64,000 bases of DNA, from contig CAIVED010000044.1 in assembly GCA_903904885.1 (NCBI GenBank), forward strand, positions 5,579 to 69,578, written 5' to 3'. The stretch is from an uncultured archaeon. Its GTDB lineage: Archaea > Nanobdellota > Nanobdellia > Woesearchaeales > CAIVOO01. Numbering within the stretch: the stretch's first letter is position 1; each line of letters opens with the position of its first letter. Below are positions 28,119-38,104 of the stretch, one piece after another. The translations under genes and the position numbers were made by a program. The notes below the pieces were generated by a model, which did not search any database, was not told the DNA's origin, and saw only the letters and a list, made by a program, of their open reading frames with translations.

Positions 28119-28889
28119 TTATAAATGTTTCTCCAGCAGTTTTGCCATACGCCAGGCATAGTAGAATGTGTGGAACTGGTTAAGAGATGTGCCCCTTTTT
28201 ATGTAAACAAGGTCTCCCTTTTGCCAGGCCGTTCCTTCCTGTAGCGCAAAAGCAAGGAATTCCGGGTCTTCAGATTTTGCCAGTTTTGTTATGTCATATC
28301 CCTGCCAGTTTTTTTCAATTCCGTGCTCGCTAACAAACATGTCAAGCCGCTCATTCCTTGGCCTTCCCCTGGGCCTTGGTTCATGATCTTCGTTCGGAAT
28401 ATCTTCATCTTCCTGAATTCCAATTATACCCTCCAGACTTTCAACCTCCTCAACCAGGGAGGGAGGAATGCCTGCAGGAGGCTCTTCTGCCGGTCCAGGC
28501 GGAAGCTGTGTCTTGATGGTAGAATCATATAAAACTGCAATCCCACCAACCTGCCCAGGTTCAACAAGCAATTTGCTATCTCGCTGTTTGACATAGGGCA
28601 GGCCTTTCAGCTTTTCCGAAAGCCCTGGTGTTCCAGCTGCCATTTCAGTAATGTCATAAAAACCCTTGTACCCTTGCAGAACAAAAGGGCCTAGTTTGAC
28701 AGGGTATATTCCGTTTTGCGCAGAACGCAGACGCTCGACAATTTCCGGCTGGAGAGTATATAAACTGTTCATCGACTTGGTTCCGTTTAGAACAAGAAGT
28801 GCTATATTTTCAGGGAGGCTAAACAATTCGCATATCCTTGCCAAAGACAATACACTTCCAGTAACTTTGTCATCACCGATAACTACCAC
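28119..28889 (-). CDS. Orphan hypothetical protein with AT-hook-like PRGRPR
   Basis: 256-aa ORF with GTG start; its stop overlaps the SRP TATA box. Confidence 0.65.
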   Translation of the reverse strand: MVVIGDDKVTGSVLSLARICELFSLPENIALLVLNGTKSMNSLYTLQPEIVERLRSAQNGIYPVKLGPFVLQGYKGFYDITEMAAGTPGLSEKLKGLPYVKQRDSKLLVEPGQVGGIAVLYDSTIKTQLPPGPAEEPPAGIPPSLVEEVESLEGIIGIQEDEDIPNEDHEPRPRGRPRNERLDMFVSEHGIEKNWQGYDITKLAKSEDPEFLAFALQEGTAWQKGDLVYIKRGTSLNQFHTFYYAWRMAKLLEKHL

Positions 28890-28937
28890 CCAAAAATAGA
28901 AAAATCTGGGTATTTATATCCTTTTTGTTTAATTAAT

Positions 28938-29840
28938 CTATACTAAATGCTGTACCAGCAGGACTATCAAGTACCCCGCAAAGCACCCAATTGACAGGAA
29001 GGGCATAGCAGGGTAGAACTTGTCCTTTTCAGCCTTCATAAACAGAAGGTATAATGCTATTGTAGCGCAAACTGTAACTATCAGCGAAATTAAAAAGCCA
29101 TTGGCCATGCCAAGGCTTCTAATCATGCTGTTCATCACAATTCCTGTGAATATCAGCGGGAATCCGATGTCCCCTCCTCCCAAAATCGCGGTCCTTACCT
29201 TTCTGGGAACAATCTTCTCGCCTTTTTTCGGCGCAGGAAGCCGCTTGTAGGGAATAAAAAGCCCTGCAAAAACCTGGCTCTTTGTCTGGAACTTTGCCAG
29301 CTTAATCATGTGCTTGCTTTTCCAGACTGCGTACATGTCATAGGCAGATATCAAAAGCAGCAGAACTACCCCAGATGTTATGTTCATTATGGGGACAAAA
29401 ATAACAGCAATCCCGCCGTAAATGAAAACCTCTGTCAGGTTGTGCACAAACAGGTTCGGCTTGTACACCTTCCAGATTGCAAGCCCAATGGCAAGGCCAA
29501 GCGCGATATACTCATTTTTCAGGAAGGCATAGAGCGAGAAGCTCAGCGTAACCACGACGCTCAGCAGGAACCAGGTCTTCCAAACCCTTTTTTGCTTGAA
29601 GAACATCAGTATGAAAACAATGGCTGTGCCTGCGATTATTGCGGCAAAAATCCAGATAAACGAGGACGTTGGCTCAACCTCAGGTCTTGAGATGTTGCCC
29701 ATCAATGGAGTGTAGGAAACATTTCCCGTCTGGTTAAAGGCGTTGAAATCAATGGAGCGCCTTACAGCCTCCAGCCCCACAACCTGGGCAGCGAAGAACA
29801 GTACAATAAGAAACAGTGTTATCTTGAAAGTGTGCTTCAT
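28938..29840 (-). CDS. Presenilin-family intramembrane aspartyl protease
   Basis: YDMYAVW, LGGGD and PAMP motifs; multiple TMs. Confidence 0.92.
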   Translation of the reverse strand: MKHTFKITLFLIVLFFAAQVVGLEAVRRSIDFNAFNQTGNVSYTPLMGNISRPEVEPTSSFIWIFAAIIAGTAIVFILMFFKQKRVWKTWFLLSVVVTLSFSLYAFLKNEYIALGLAIGLAIWKVYKPNLFVHNLTEVFIYGGIAVIFVPIMNITSGVVLLLLISAYDMYAVWKSKHMIKLAKFQTKSQVFAGLFIPYKRLPAPKKGEKIVPRKVRTAILGGGDIGFPLIFTGIVMNSMIRSLGMANGFLISLIVTVCATIALYLLFMKAEKDKFYPAMPFLSIGCFAGYLIVLLVQHLV

Positions 29841-29867
29841 TGCAAAAAGAAATTATTCTGGGTGTTT

Positions 29868-30425
29868 TTAAGTGTTTTGGTTGGCAGAAATTTGCTCTGC
29901 AGTTTTTTCGCTTTTCAGGATATGCAAATTTTTCTGCGTTAATCTTCCAAATGCCTTATTGCAGACTCTTGTCCCGTTGCCATTCAGGCGCTCCCCAAGA
30001 TAATTGCATCCAAGCTGCGGCAAGTTGCAGCATGGAATCTCTGCAACCCCTGTTTTTTTCGCAGGCAATATGAACACGTTTGGGACTACTCTGCAAAAAT
30101 TCCCTGAAATTATGTCAGCAAGGTCATGGCAGTCGTTCCATTTTTCTATCCTTCGGGCTGCTTCTTCTGGGGGCATGCCCGCCAGCCGCTGCCCCATCGC
30201 AATAAAAAGCTGGGCATCTTCTCTCCCCTGCCTGTCCGCACGTTCAAGCACCGGAAGAAGAATGTTTTTTATCTCTCGGAACCACGGGCCATACTCATTT
30301 TCAAACCATTGCTGAGCAGTTCCCCTGTAATTTTCAAGCTCATATAGAATTCCCTCTGAGAGCAGTTCGCCTGCATAAGCCGGAGCATAGAAATAATTGT
30401 AATTCACTCCGAATAGCTGGGCCAT
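29868..30425 (-). CDS. Orphan hypothetical protein with several Cys
   Basis: 185-aa ORF with TATA-like sequence upstream. Confidence 0.6.
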   Translation of the reverse strand: MAQLFGVNYNYFYAPAYAGELLSEGILYELENYRGTAQQWFENEYGPWFREIKNILLPVLERADRQGREDAQLFIAMGQRLAGMPPEEAARRIEKWNDCHDLADIISGNFCRVVPNVFILPAKKTGVAEIPCCNLPQLGCNYLGERLNGNGTRVCNKAFGRLTQKNLHILKSEKTAEQISANQNT

Positions 30426-30503
30426 TATGAAATTAGTAGTAATTGATTGCGTATTCTTAAACCTTTTGCTTAAATTTTTAAAATCCGGTGTTTTTGCGTT
30501 CCC

Positions 30504-30953
30504 ATGAAACTGCTGAACAATGCTCTACTGTCTGCATTTGTGAAAGAGGGAGAAGATGAATCTAAGATAATGGAGAAGCTGAAATCATTTTTCCCCCTTG
30601 ATCTTGAGCCGGAAAAATTAGCAGTAAAACGGACAGTTGCAGACGGATTTAATGAGACAAGGATAATAATCCTTGAGATTGAAATTGAGAAGGAAAAGCA
30701 CACAAATGCGTTTTTGAAGAGGCTGGTCGAGATTTTGGGAAACCAGCAGAAAGAGCTGGTACTGAGGCAGGCGGAATCAAGGCTGGATGAGGAATTCTAT
30801 TTCTTCCTGAGATTTGACAAGGACAAACTGCTGAATGAAAACAGGTACTGGCTGACAGACAGCGGCAGCTGCTTCCATGTGAAGATGAATGTCGCATGCT
30901 TTCCGAGAAAAAGGGAAGAGGCGCTTAAAACCATACAGAAGATTTTTAAATAA
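30504..30953 (+). CDS. DUF54 family putative RNA-binding protein
   Basis: EDESKI...FFLRFDK...CFP.KRE.A pattern. Confidence 0.8.
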   Translation: MKLLNNALLSAFVKEGEDESKIMEKLKSFFPLDLEPEKLAVKRTVADGFNETRIIILEIEIEKEKHTNAFLKRLVEILGNQQKELVLRQAESRLDEEFYFFLRFDKDKLLNENRYWLTDSGSCFHVKMNVACFPRKREEALKTIQKIFK

Positions 30954-30972
30954 CTAATTTCTCCGTACTGCC

Positions 30973-32061
30973 ATGCAAACCATAGACCCCTGGGGAAGCG
31001 AGCTGTCAGAGGATTACGGCAAGATAGTCCAGCAGTTCGGATTAGAAGAATTTGACCCTAAATTATTCCCCAAACCAAACAGAATCATGCGCAGGGGCGT
31101 TGTTTTTGCAGGCAGGGATTTAAAGCCAATTGCCGACGCAATAAAAAAGAAGGAAAAGTTCTATGTTTTAACTGGCATAATGCCAACAGCTGACCGCGTT
31201 CATTTCGGGACAAAGATGGTTATAGAGAATGTGCGCTATTTCCAGGAGATGGGAGCCCAGGCATACGTGCTTATTGCAGATTTGGAGGCGGCTGCCACCA
31301 GGGGCGTTTCCCTTGAAGAGGCCAGAAAAAGGGCGCTGGATTTTCACATTCCTGCGTATCTTGCACTGGGGCTGGACCCGAAAAAGACAGTATTCTATTT
31401 CCAGTCTGAAAATAAAAAAGTGATGCATCTCGCTTTTGAGTTTGCAAAGAAAATAACACTTAATGAGTTCAAGGCGATTTATGGCATTGCCGACCCAGGC
31501 AGGATTATGAGCGCTGTTACCCAGGCAGGGGATATGCTGTTTCCTCAACTTGAGTCTAGGATGCCGGGGATTATTCCTGTTGGCATAGACCAGGACCCCC
31601 ACATAAGGCTGTGCAGGGACATAATTGCAAGGACAAAATCAAAATACAATTTCACCCCGATTTCATCAATATACCACAAATTCACACCTTCCCTTGACGG
31701 GGAGATGAAGATGTCAAAGTCCAAGCCGGAATCGATGATAGAATTGCCTGAGGATATTAAATCTGTATTGAAGAAGATGAAAAATGCAGTGACCGGGGGG
31801 CGCGAATCGCTAGAGCTGCAGAAAAAGCTCGGCGGAGAGCCCGAGAAATGCATGATTTTCGAGATGTACAAGCAGCATCTGATTGAGGATGACAAAATAC
31901 TGGACGCGGTTTACAAGGACTGCAGGGCTGGAACCTTGCTATGCGGCCAGAACAAGCAAAACGCCTGCGCCTACATGGAATCCTTCATGGACAATTTTGT
32001 CTCCCAGCTTGAGGTAGCAAGGAAGAAAGTTGACAAGCTTAAGTTTATTGAATTTAAATAA
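30973..32061 (+). CDS. trpS: Tryptophan--tRNA ligase (archaeal type)
   Basis: TGIMPT..VHFG, PVGIDQDPH, KMSKS, TGGR. Confidence 0.95.
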   Translation: MQTIDPWGSELSEDYGKIVQQFGLEEFDPKLFPKPNRIMRRGVVFAGRDLKPIADAIKKKEKFYVLTGIMPTADRVHFGTKMVIENVRYFQEMGAQAYVLIADLEAAATRGVSLEEARKRALDFHIPAYLALGLDPKKTVFYFQSENKKVMHLAFEFAKKITLNEFKAIYGIADPGRIMSAVTQAGDMLFPQLESRMPGIIPVGIDQDPHIRLCRDIIARTKSKYNFTPISSIYHKFTPSLDGEMKMSKSKPESMIELPEDIKSVLKKMKNAVTGGRESLELQKKLGGEPEKCMIFEMYKQHLIEDDKILDAVYKDCRAGTLLCGQNKQNACAYMESFMDNFVSQLEVARKKVDKLKFIEFK

Positions 32062-32084
32062 AAGAAATAAAAAATAATTAAAAA

Positions 32085-32723
32085 TTATTTGGAGCAGTCA
32101 GTTGGACAGCTGTTTTTGTTTTCTCCTGGTTTGCTGCATATCCCATCTCCACAAAAGCATTCGGTTGGACAATTTATTACCGTATCCTTTCCGTCACATA
32201 TCCCGTTTCCGCAATCAGGTGAGCAATCAGCACATCCTTTTTCTTTTTCTCCAGGTTCGCAAACGTTGTTTCCGCATGTTTTTGCCAAACAGTCACTCGG
32301 GCATGTTGTTGGGTTTTCTCCTGAATCGCATTTTCCATTTCCGCAGCCAACCTCATATCCTGCAACTGCATTTTGAAGAAGCAACTTATCTAATGAGTCT
32401 ACCTTATTGTCATTATTCATTTCCAAAACAATGCTGCAGTTGAGATCCACAATAGGACCAGTCTGAGAAGGTCCGTGACCCAAAGCATAACAGTGTGCAC
32501 TGTTCGCTCCTGCAACCACAAGATTCATTGTTGATATGTCTCCTGGCGCAGGGGATCCATCTCCGTCTGCGTCACCTCTATAGTAAGAGTAACTCACTCC
32601 GTCTGCTGCCTTGGTCATATCAGGACCGGTCATGAATGCCTTTCCTGTTGGTGTCGTGCATGCTGTCAAAACCATTATTGCTGCCAGAAGCAGCGTTCCA
32701 ATAATTAAGTTTTGTGTTTTCAT
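32085..32723 (-). CDS. Secreted or lipoprotein with dockerin/EF-hand-like repeats and four Cys-rich CGNGxC repeats
   Basis: LTAC lipobox-like; GDADGDG and MNNDNKVD loops; CGNGKCDSGENPTTCPSDC-type repeats. Confidence 0.8.
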   Translation of the reverse strand: MKTQNLIIGTLLLAAIMVLTACTTPTGKAFMTGPDMTKAADGVSYSYYRGDADGDGSPAPGDISTMNLVVAGANSAHCYALGHGPSQTGPIVDLNCSIVLEMNNDNKVDSLDKLLLQNAVAGYEVGCGNGKCDSGENPTTCPSDCLAKTCGNNVCEPGEKEKGCADCSPDCGNGICDGKDTVINCPTECFCGDGICSKPGENKNSCPTDCSK

Positions 32724-32837
32724 CTAAGTGGGGAAGCGCAGGTTATTTATAAAATATGCTGTTGCCTTAATTACAGGAGCATTACCGCAACCTTTAAAAA
32801 ATACGTTTGATTAATATGTCCAAAAGAGGTGAATTAT

Positions 32838-33041
32838 ATGAAAAAAATAGCTCCATTATCGGGAAGTTTCATGCTTACTTCTATGCTCGGGTTTGCGATT
32901 TCCTGGGTATGGGTTTACCCGCAGTCAATAAGTTTCGGGATAGCATTCCTGATAGTATTCGGCGCCATGTTTATAGCTTCAATAATATCAATGACCCACG
33001 CCCCTGCGGAAGACATCATTAACCTTGAGAAGGTTAGGTGA
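32838..33041 (+). CDS. Small two-TM membrane protein
   Basis: GAGGTG SD; PLSGSFML...MFIAS. Confidence 0.7.
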   Translation: MKKIAPLSGSFMLTSMLGFAISWVWVYPQSISFGIAFLIVFGAMFIASIISMTHAPAEDIINLEKVR

Positions 33042-33116
33042 TTTTTTTATTTTTATTTAAAAACATTATAATTCTATATACTAAACCTATAAAAATCTGG
33101 CTGCCATAACAATGCC

Positions 33117-33419
33117 ATGCCATTCTCAAAAGCATTCCCAAAAAGAAGCGATAAGGCAGCCTACCCCACATGGGAGGATGTCGAGCTTAGCTCTGCAGAG
33201 GAGATGCTCGTTGAAGAAAAGGCCAGGCTGGAAAACATCCAGCTCATGAACGCCTGCATAGAGGACGCGAAAAAGATAATTGAGGAAAAGGCGCTTAATA
33301 GGTACCAGTCAGACATGGTCCATATCGCAATCGCTTTATTCGAGAAAAGGGCGTCGCATTCTATTTATCACAAGGAAAGAAAAGCAAGAGAGAAGTTTGA
33401 TTCAAATAAATTATCTTAG
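33117..33419 (+). CDS. Conserved hypothetical protein
   Basis: MPFSKAFPK...YPTWE...IALFEKRASH; TATA upstream. Confidence 0.75.
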   Translation: MPFSKAFPKRSDKAAYPTWEDVELSSAEEMLVEEKARLENIQLMNACIEDAKKIIEEKALNRYQSDMVHIAIALFEKRASHSIYHKERKAREKFDSNKLS

Positions 33420-33980
33420 CATCAACTGGGCATAGTCAGCCTGCCAGACCAGGACCTTCCCGCCTTCAATTACCTCAATAGGGCAAAATCCAATCCGGCC
33501 GTAATTTTCAAGATGTGTGTTGTCTCTCAATAATGTTTTCATCAAGATTTTTTTTGGGGGGTTCTGGCCTCTCAATCTTTTAAGGTCTTCCATAAATCGG
33601 TGCATAAGAAGAATGTCCACACTGCCTGTACGATCATCGGTTAACAGTTGGTCAATGCATGCATGGTCTCTTTCTTCTGGCTTTCTAATGCTGAAAAGCA
33701 TATGCCCCAATGGGGTGAAACTCGGCACTACTATTTTTCCCTTTTCATCCCGGTTGGTTTCGTAAGCTAGAAGCCCATGCATCTTTTTTTCAAGTACTCT
33801 GGTAAGATAGTGATCTGCAAGCTCCTGGCTAGCCATTTCCGGGTCTATGCGCCCCTGTTGTTTTCTTTTTTGAATCTCATGAGATGCTATCTGCATTAAA
33901 TAGTTTGCAACTGACCCCTTATATGAGGCTATTTCCACTGCAGGGGATGTTGCCTTTATTCTGGATATTTCAAATGCCAT
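33411..33980 (-). CDS. Hypothetical protein, possibly GNAT-fold
   Basis: IDQLL...LLM...N...YGRIGF resembles GNAT motifs A/B. Confidence 0.55.
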   Translation of the reverse strand: MAFEISRIKATSPAVEIASYKGSVANYLMQIASHEIQKRKQQGRIDPEMASQELADHYLTRVLEKKMHGLLAYETNRDEKGKIVVPSFTPLGHMLFSIRKPEERDHACIDQLLTDDRTGSVDILLMHRFMEDLKRLRGQNPPKKILMKTLLRDNTHLENYGRIGFCPIEVIEGGKVLVWQADYAQLMLR

Positions 33981-34039
33981 AGAAACCAAAATAAATATCT
34001 CATTTATAAACCTTTCGATTATTGACTACTCGTAAATAG

Positions 34040-35356
34040 TTAAAACAGCTCTTTCTCTTCCCTGATTGCAACAGGAGAGCCCCCTCCGTGCCAGGTCAGC
34101 CTTGGGCGCATCCTCATGGGGTACATCTTCTCATTTGTGTCATCGAAGATTATTGCAGAACCCTTCAAATCAGGCAGGTTGTCAAGCATTGTTGTCAGAC
34201 CTTCCCTCATGTAGGACTGCATCAACTGGCCTAAAGCATCAACATCAATCTTTGCGGTAATCCTGTGGGCTATTACTGTATCTGCCTGGGTCATTACATC
34301 GGTGTGTATCTTCCCCGGCTGCTGTGACGCAAGTATCAGCGAAATCCCCGGCTGCCTCCCCTCCCTCAGGATTGTCACAAGCGGCGTTGTGGCAACTGTT
34401 TTTCCGACGCTCGGCAAAAATTCGTGGGCTTCGTCAATCACAAGCCATACCAGCGGAAGCTCTGATTTTTTCTTGGCCTCCTCTGTGAAATAATGGGTTG
34501 ATGCCTTGACCTCTGCGAATTCCTCGAATTTCCTCGCAATCATCCTTTCAACAAAAAGCTTTTTTGCAATCAGGCCTATGGCCAGGGCCTTTATCTCCCA
34601 GCCTCCCGGCATTGTCGCGTAGCAGCTTACGTCAAGAACAGTGACCTGGCCGCCCTTTGCAAGCGTGTCCATCTTTGTTCCCTTCTCATCAAATATGCCC
34701 CAGGTTTCTGCATTAAGAAAATGGTTTTCAGCGATGTTCTTTACATGGTCGTCAAATTTCGGCTCCTTCTCAATCGCTTCAACTATGTTCTGGATTGAAT
34801 AGCTTTGTTTTTTCTCCTGAAGGCTGAAAATAACCCTCTCAATCAGCACGCCGACTTCCTCTGTCCTTGAAACCCCGAAGGTGCTCAGCCAGTCGTCGGA
34901 ATCAAGCTCGCTTGGGTTTATGGCAAACGGTGAATCCGTAGGGATTCCCTTGTCCTTGTAATCCTTGTAGTAGCCCACTGGAGTGAAAATATTGACATTC
35001 AGGCCCCTTGGCTTCATTTTCCACTGCTCCAGAAGCTCGGCCTCCTGCAGGTTTGGGTATTTCATTGTCCAGTAAATTCCCATGGTGTCAAGAATAATAA
35101 CCGCAATGTTTTCTGAAACCTCCTTAGGCAGGTCAGAAACCCCCTCGGCTATGATCCCCATTGAGTATGACTTTCCTGAGCCTCTCTTGCCCACAATAAA
35201 AACAACGTGGGACCTGGAAACATCCATGTAAATGTTGTTTGAAAGCGAGGTTACCTGGCCCATTTTTACATAATGCTTGCCAAGAAAAACAATGCCCTTT
35301 TCGCCGAACTTTTTTCTGTCCTCTTCGTCTCTTCCTATAATTATGTCATAAGGCAT
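34040..35356 (-). CDS. HerA/DUF87-like ATPase
   Basis: GKRGSGKS, IDEAHEF, REGRQPG..LASQQP. Confidence 0.88.
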   Translation of the reverse strand: MPYDIIIGRDEEDRKKFGEKGIVFLGKHYVKMGQVTSLSNNIYMDVSRSHVVFIVGKRGSGKSYSMGIIAEGVSDLPKEVSENIAVIILDTMGIYWTMKYPNLQEAELLEQWKMKPRGLNVNIFTPVGYYKDYKDKGIPTDSPFAINPSELDSDDWLSTFGVSRTEEVGVLIERVIFSLQEKKQSYSIQNIVEAIEKEPKFDDHVKNIAENHFLNAETWGIFDEKGTKMDTLAKGGQVTVLDVSCYATMPGGWEIKALAIGLIAKKLFVERMIARKFEEFAEVKASTHYFTEEAKKKSELPLVWLVIDEAHEFLPSVGKTVATTPLVTILREGRQPGISLILASQQPGKIHTDVMTQADTVIAHRITAKIDVDALGQLMQSYMREGLTTMLDNLPDLKGSAIIFDDTNEKMYPMRMRPRLTWHGGGSPVAIREEKELF

Positions 35357-35397
35357 GCAATAAATTTATATATGACCCTTTAAATAATTTACCCTAA

Positions 35398-36054
35398 ATG
35401 GCCAAAAAAATAAAACACGGGTCAGGCAGGAAAGAGTGGATTATAATCGCAATAATTGTCGCAATTGCAATTGCCCTGGCGTTTGTTTTCTATTCAATGC
35501 CCAAAAGCACGATTGATTATCTTGCAACAGTCAACGGTGCAAAAATATACCCGCAGGACCTGAGCGAGATTGCTCTTACAATCCCCCAGAGTGCCAGGGG
35601 CAACATAACCGATGCGGACCTGCTTGAGCAGGCAATAAATTTTGAGATAATAAACCAGGAAGCTGAAAAACTGGGTATAACCGTGAGTGATGAAGAGGTT
35701 GAGCAGAGCATAGAGGAATCAGTGAAAGGCTTCGGCATGACAGTTGCAGATTTGAACGCATCACTGAAGCAGCAGAACATAAAATGGAATACCCTGTTCA
35801 ACGCCTACCGGAAGCAGATTTTGTCCTACAGGTTTCTGAACAGTACAATTCTCAGGAACATTTCAGTTTCAGAGCAGGAAATGAAAGCGCTGTACAGCCA
35901 GTATACATCTCAATTGAACACATCCTATGATAGCATAAGGCAGGACTTGAACAATACTGTGTTTGCAATAAAGGGTCAGCAGGCCCTTGGCATCCTCCTG
36001 AAGCAGAGAAGGGCAGAGTATGAGATTTTGAGATATGTGGGCAGTTCCCAATAA
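35398..36054 (+). CDS. SurA N-terminal-domain membrane-anchored chaperone
   Basis: TM, ATVNG..I, LEQAI..EII.QEAEKLGITVSDEEV; no parvulin domain. Confidence 0.85.
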   Translation: MAKKIKHGSGRKEWIIIAIIVAIAIALAFVFYSMPKSTIDYLATVNGAKIYPQDLSEIALTIPQSARGNITDADLLEQAINFEIINQEAEKLGITVSDEEVEQSIEESVKGFGMTVADLNASLKQQNIKWNTLFNAYRKQILSYRFLNSTILRNISVSEQEMKALYSQYTSQLNTSYDSIRQDLNNTVFAIKGQQALGILLKQRRAEYEILRYVGSSQ

Positions 36055-36085
36055 CTTTATAAAAACCTCTTCCTAATTCTACTCC

Positions 36086-37171
36086 ATGAAAAAGGACCTT
36101 TCAACACTGGAGATAAGGCAGCTGGTTAATGAGCTGCAGTTCCTTGTAAACGGCAGGTTTGAAAAGATTTACCAGCTGTCCCCGAAGGATTTTGTGCTAA
36201 AGGTGCATTCACCTAATGCAAGCGCTTTTCTGAAAATAAGCGGAAAGTTTGTATATCTCTGCAATGACAAGGGAAACGTCCCTGAAAAGCCTTCAACATT
36301 CTGCACAATCCTGAGAAAAATCATTGAAAACAAGAAAATAAAGAAAATCTGGCAAAAAGAGTCCGAGAGGATTGTTGCCTTTGAAACAGAATCAAGCATG
36401 CTTTTGGTTGAGCTATTCGGCCAGGGAAATGTTGTGCTGTGCGATTCTGATTACAAGGTGATTTCGGCAAGCAGGATACAGAAGGAAGGCAGAGTAATAA
36501 AGCAGAAAGAAAAATATGAATTCCCTGAAGGAAAGAAAAATGTCTTCAAACTTTCTGAAAAGGATTTTCTGGAGCTGATAAAATCATCAAATTCAGAGAT
36601 TGTCAAGGCAATTGCCGGCATGATTGGAGGGGTTTATGCAGAGGAGGTGTGTTTAAGGGCAGGAATTGACAAAAGTGCCAAAGAAATAGAAGACTGTGAA
36701 ATCAAAAAACTTTACAAATCTTTCCAGGGGCTGATTTCAGAGGAGCCGTCGCCGATGGTTGTTTTTGGCGAAACGCCTGTTGATGCGGTTATTTTTGACT
36801 TGCAGATTTATGACGGGAAAAACAAGGTTGCTTTCTCAGCATTTTACGAGGCCCTTGACAGCTATCTTTCCCAGGCAACGGAATCTGAAAAGGAAAGCGC
36901 TGTGGAGAAAAAATACCAGGCCCAGATTGAGAAAATCGAGAATATCATTGCAATACAGGAGAAATCAATATCCGGGCTGGAATCCGAGTCAGCCGAAAAC
37001 CAGAAAATCGGGGAGATGATTTATGAAAAATACCAGGAAATTTCCGGTTTGATGAAGGAACTTGAGGATGCAAGGAAGAAAATGTCCTGGCAGGAGATAA
37101 AGTCAAAAATAAAAAACAAGAAAATAATCTCAGTTGACGAGAAAAACGCGGCAATCACGGTGGATTTATGA
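36086..37171 (+). CDS. NFACT-N (RqcH/Rqc2-like) protein, N-terminal part only
   Basis: KIYQ, PSTFC..LRK, ER, VELFG.GNVVL, GGVYAEE. Confidence 0.85.
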   Translation: MKKDLSTLEIRQLVNELQFLVNGRFEKIYQLSPKDFVLKVHSPNASAFLKISGKFVYLCNDKGNVPEKPSTFCTILRKIIENKKIKKIWQKESERIVAFETESSMLLVELFGQGNVVLCDSDYKVISASRIQKEGRVIKQKEKYEFPEGKKNVFKLSEKDFLELIKSSNSEIVKAIAGMIGGVYAEEVCLRAGIDKSAKEIEDCEIKKLYKSFQGLISEEPSPMVVFGETPVDAVIFDLQIYDGKNKVAFSAFYEALDSYLSQATESEKESAVEKKYQAQIEKIENIIAIQEKSISGLESESAENQKIGEMIYEKYQEISGLMKELEDARKKMSWQEIKSKIKNKKIISVDEKNAAITVDL

Positions 37172-38055
37172 ACAAATTTCTGCAAAGGTACAGTGAAATT
37201 TTTGGTGAGGATTTCAAAAAGCTGAAGGAAGTAAGAATAAAACCGGCACTAAGGGTAAATACCCTTAAAATATCAGAGAAAGAGCTGGTAAAAAGGCTTC
37301 GGGCAGAGAACGCGAAGACAGAAAAGATTCCGTTCACTGATTTCGGCTACTTTGTTGAGTCAAAATTCTCGCTGGGTTCGGCCCCGGAATATCTTTTCGG
37401 ATATTACTATACGCAGGAGTCTGCTTCGCAGTTGCCTGTGCAGGTCTTGAGGCCGGCAAAAAATGAAATTGTTTTGGACATGGCTGCCGCTCCCGGAGGG
37501 AAAACAACTCAGATTGCCCAGTACATGGAAAACAAGGGGGTTCTGGTTGCCCTGGACACAGAGGATTTCAGGCTGCAGGCATTGAGAAACAATCTTGAGA
37601 GAATGGGAATTGCTAATTGCATTGTTTACAAAAAAGACGGCCAGGATGTTTCTGATTTGGGAATCAAGTTTGACAAGATACTGCTTGATGCGCCCTGCTC
37701 CGGCAATTTTATTGTTGACCCGAAATGGTTTGACAAGAAAAGCCTGGAAGGCTTCAGGGAAAGGACAGAATTGCAGAAAAAGCTGCTGAAAGCTGCGGTT
37801 TCTGTTTTGAAGGATGGGGGTGTTTTGGTTTATTCCACCTGCTCCATGGAGCCGGAGGACGATGAGATTGTAATTGACTGGGCTTTGAAGAATCTGCCGA
37901 TAAAACTTGAAAAGATTGACCTGGGAATAGGAACGCCTGCAATAGCCGAGTTTGAAGGCCAGAAGTTTGACAGCGAGATAAATAAGTGTATAAGGATTGT
38001 GCCTTTCTTGACGAATACGCAGCCGTTCTTTATTGCGAAGATAGTTAAGAAATGA
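37168..38055 (+). CDS. RsmB/NOP2 family RNA m5C methyltransferase
   Basis: DMAAAPGGKT, DAPCSG, YSTCS. Confidence 0.93.
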   Translation: MNKFLQRYSEIFGEDFKKLKEVRIKPALRVNTLKISEKELVKRLRAENAKTEKIPFTDFGYFVESKFSLGSAPEYLFGYYYTQESASQLPVQVLRPAKNEIVLDMAAAPGGKTTQIAQYMENKGVLVALDTEDFRLQALRNNLERMGIANCIVYKKDGQDVSDLGIKFDKILLDAPCSGNFIVDPKWFDKKSLEGFRERTELQKKLLKAAVSVLKDGGVLVYSTCSMEPEDDEIVIDWALKNLPIKLEKIDLGIGTPAIAEFEGQKFDSEINKCIRIVPFLTNTQPFFIAKIVKK

Positions 38056-38104
38056 CTATTCTGGAGTAGAAAAATATATAAACCCCCTTGCTTGTTTTGC
38101 AATT

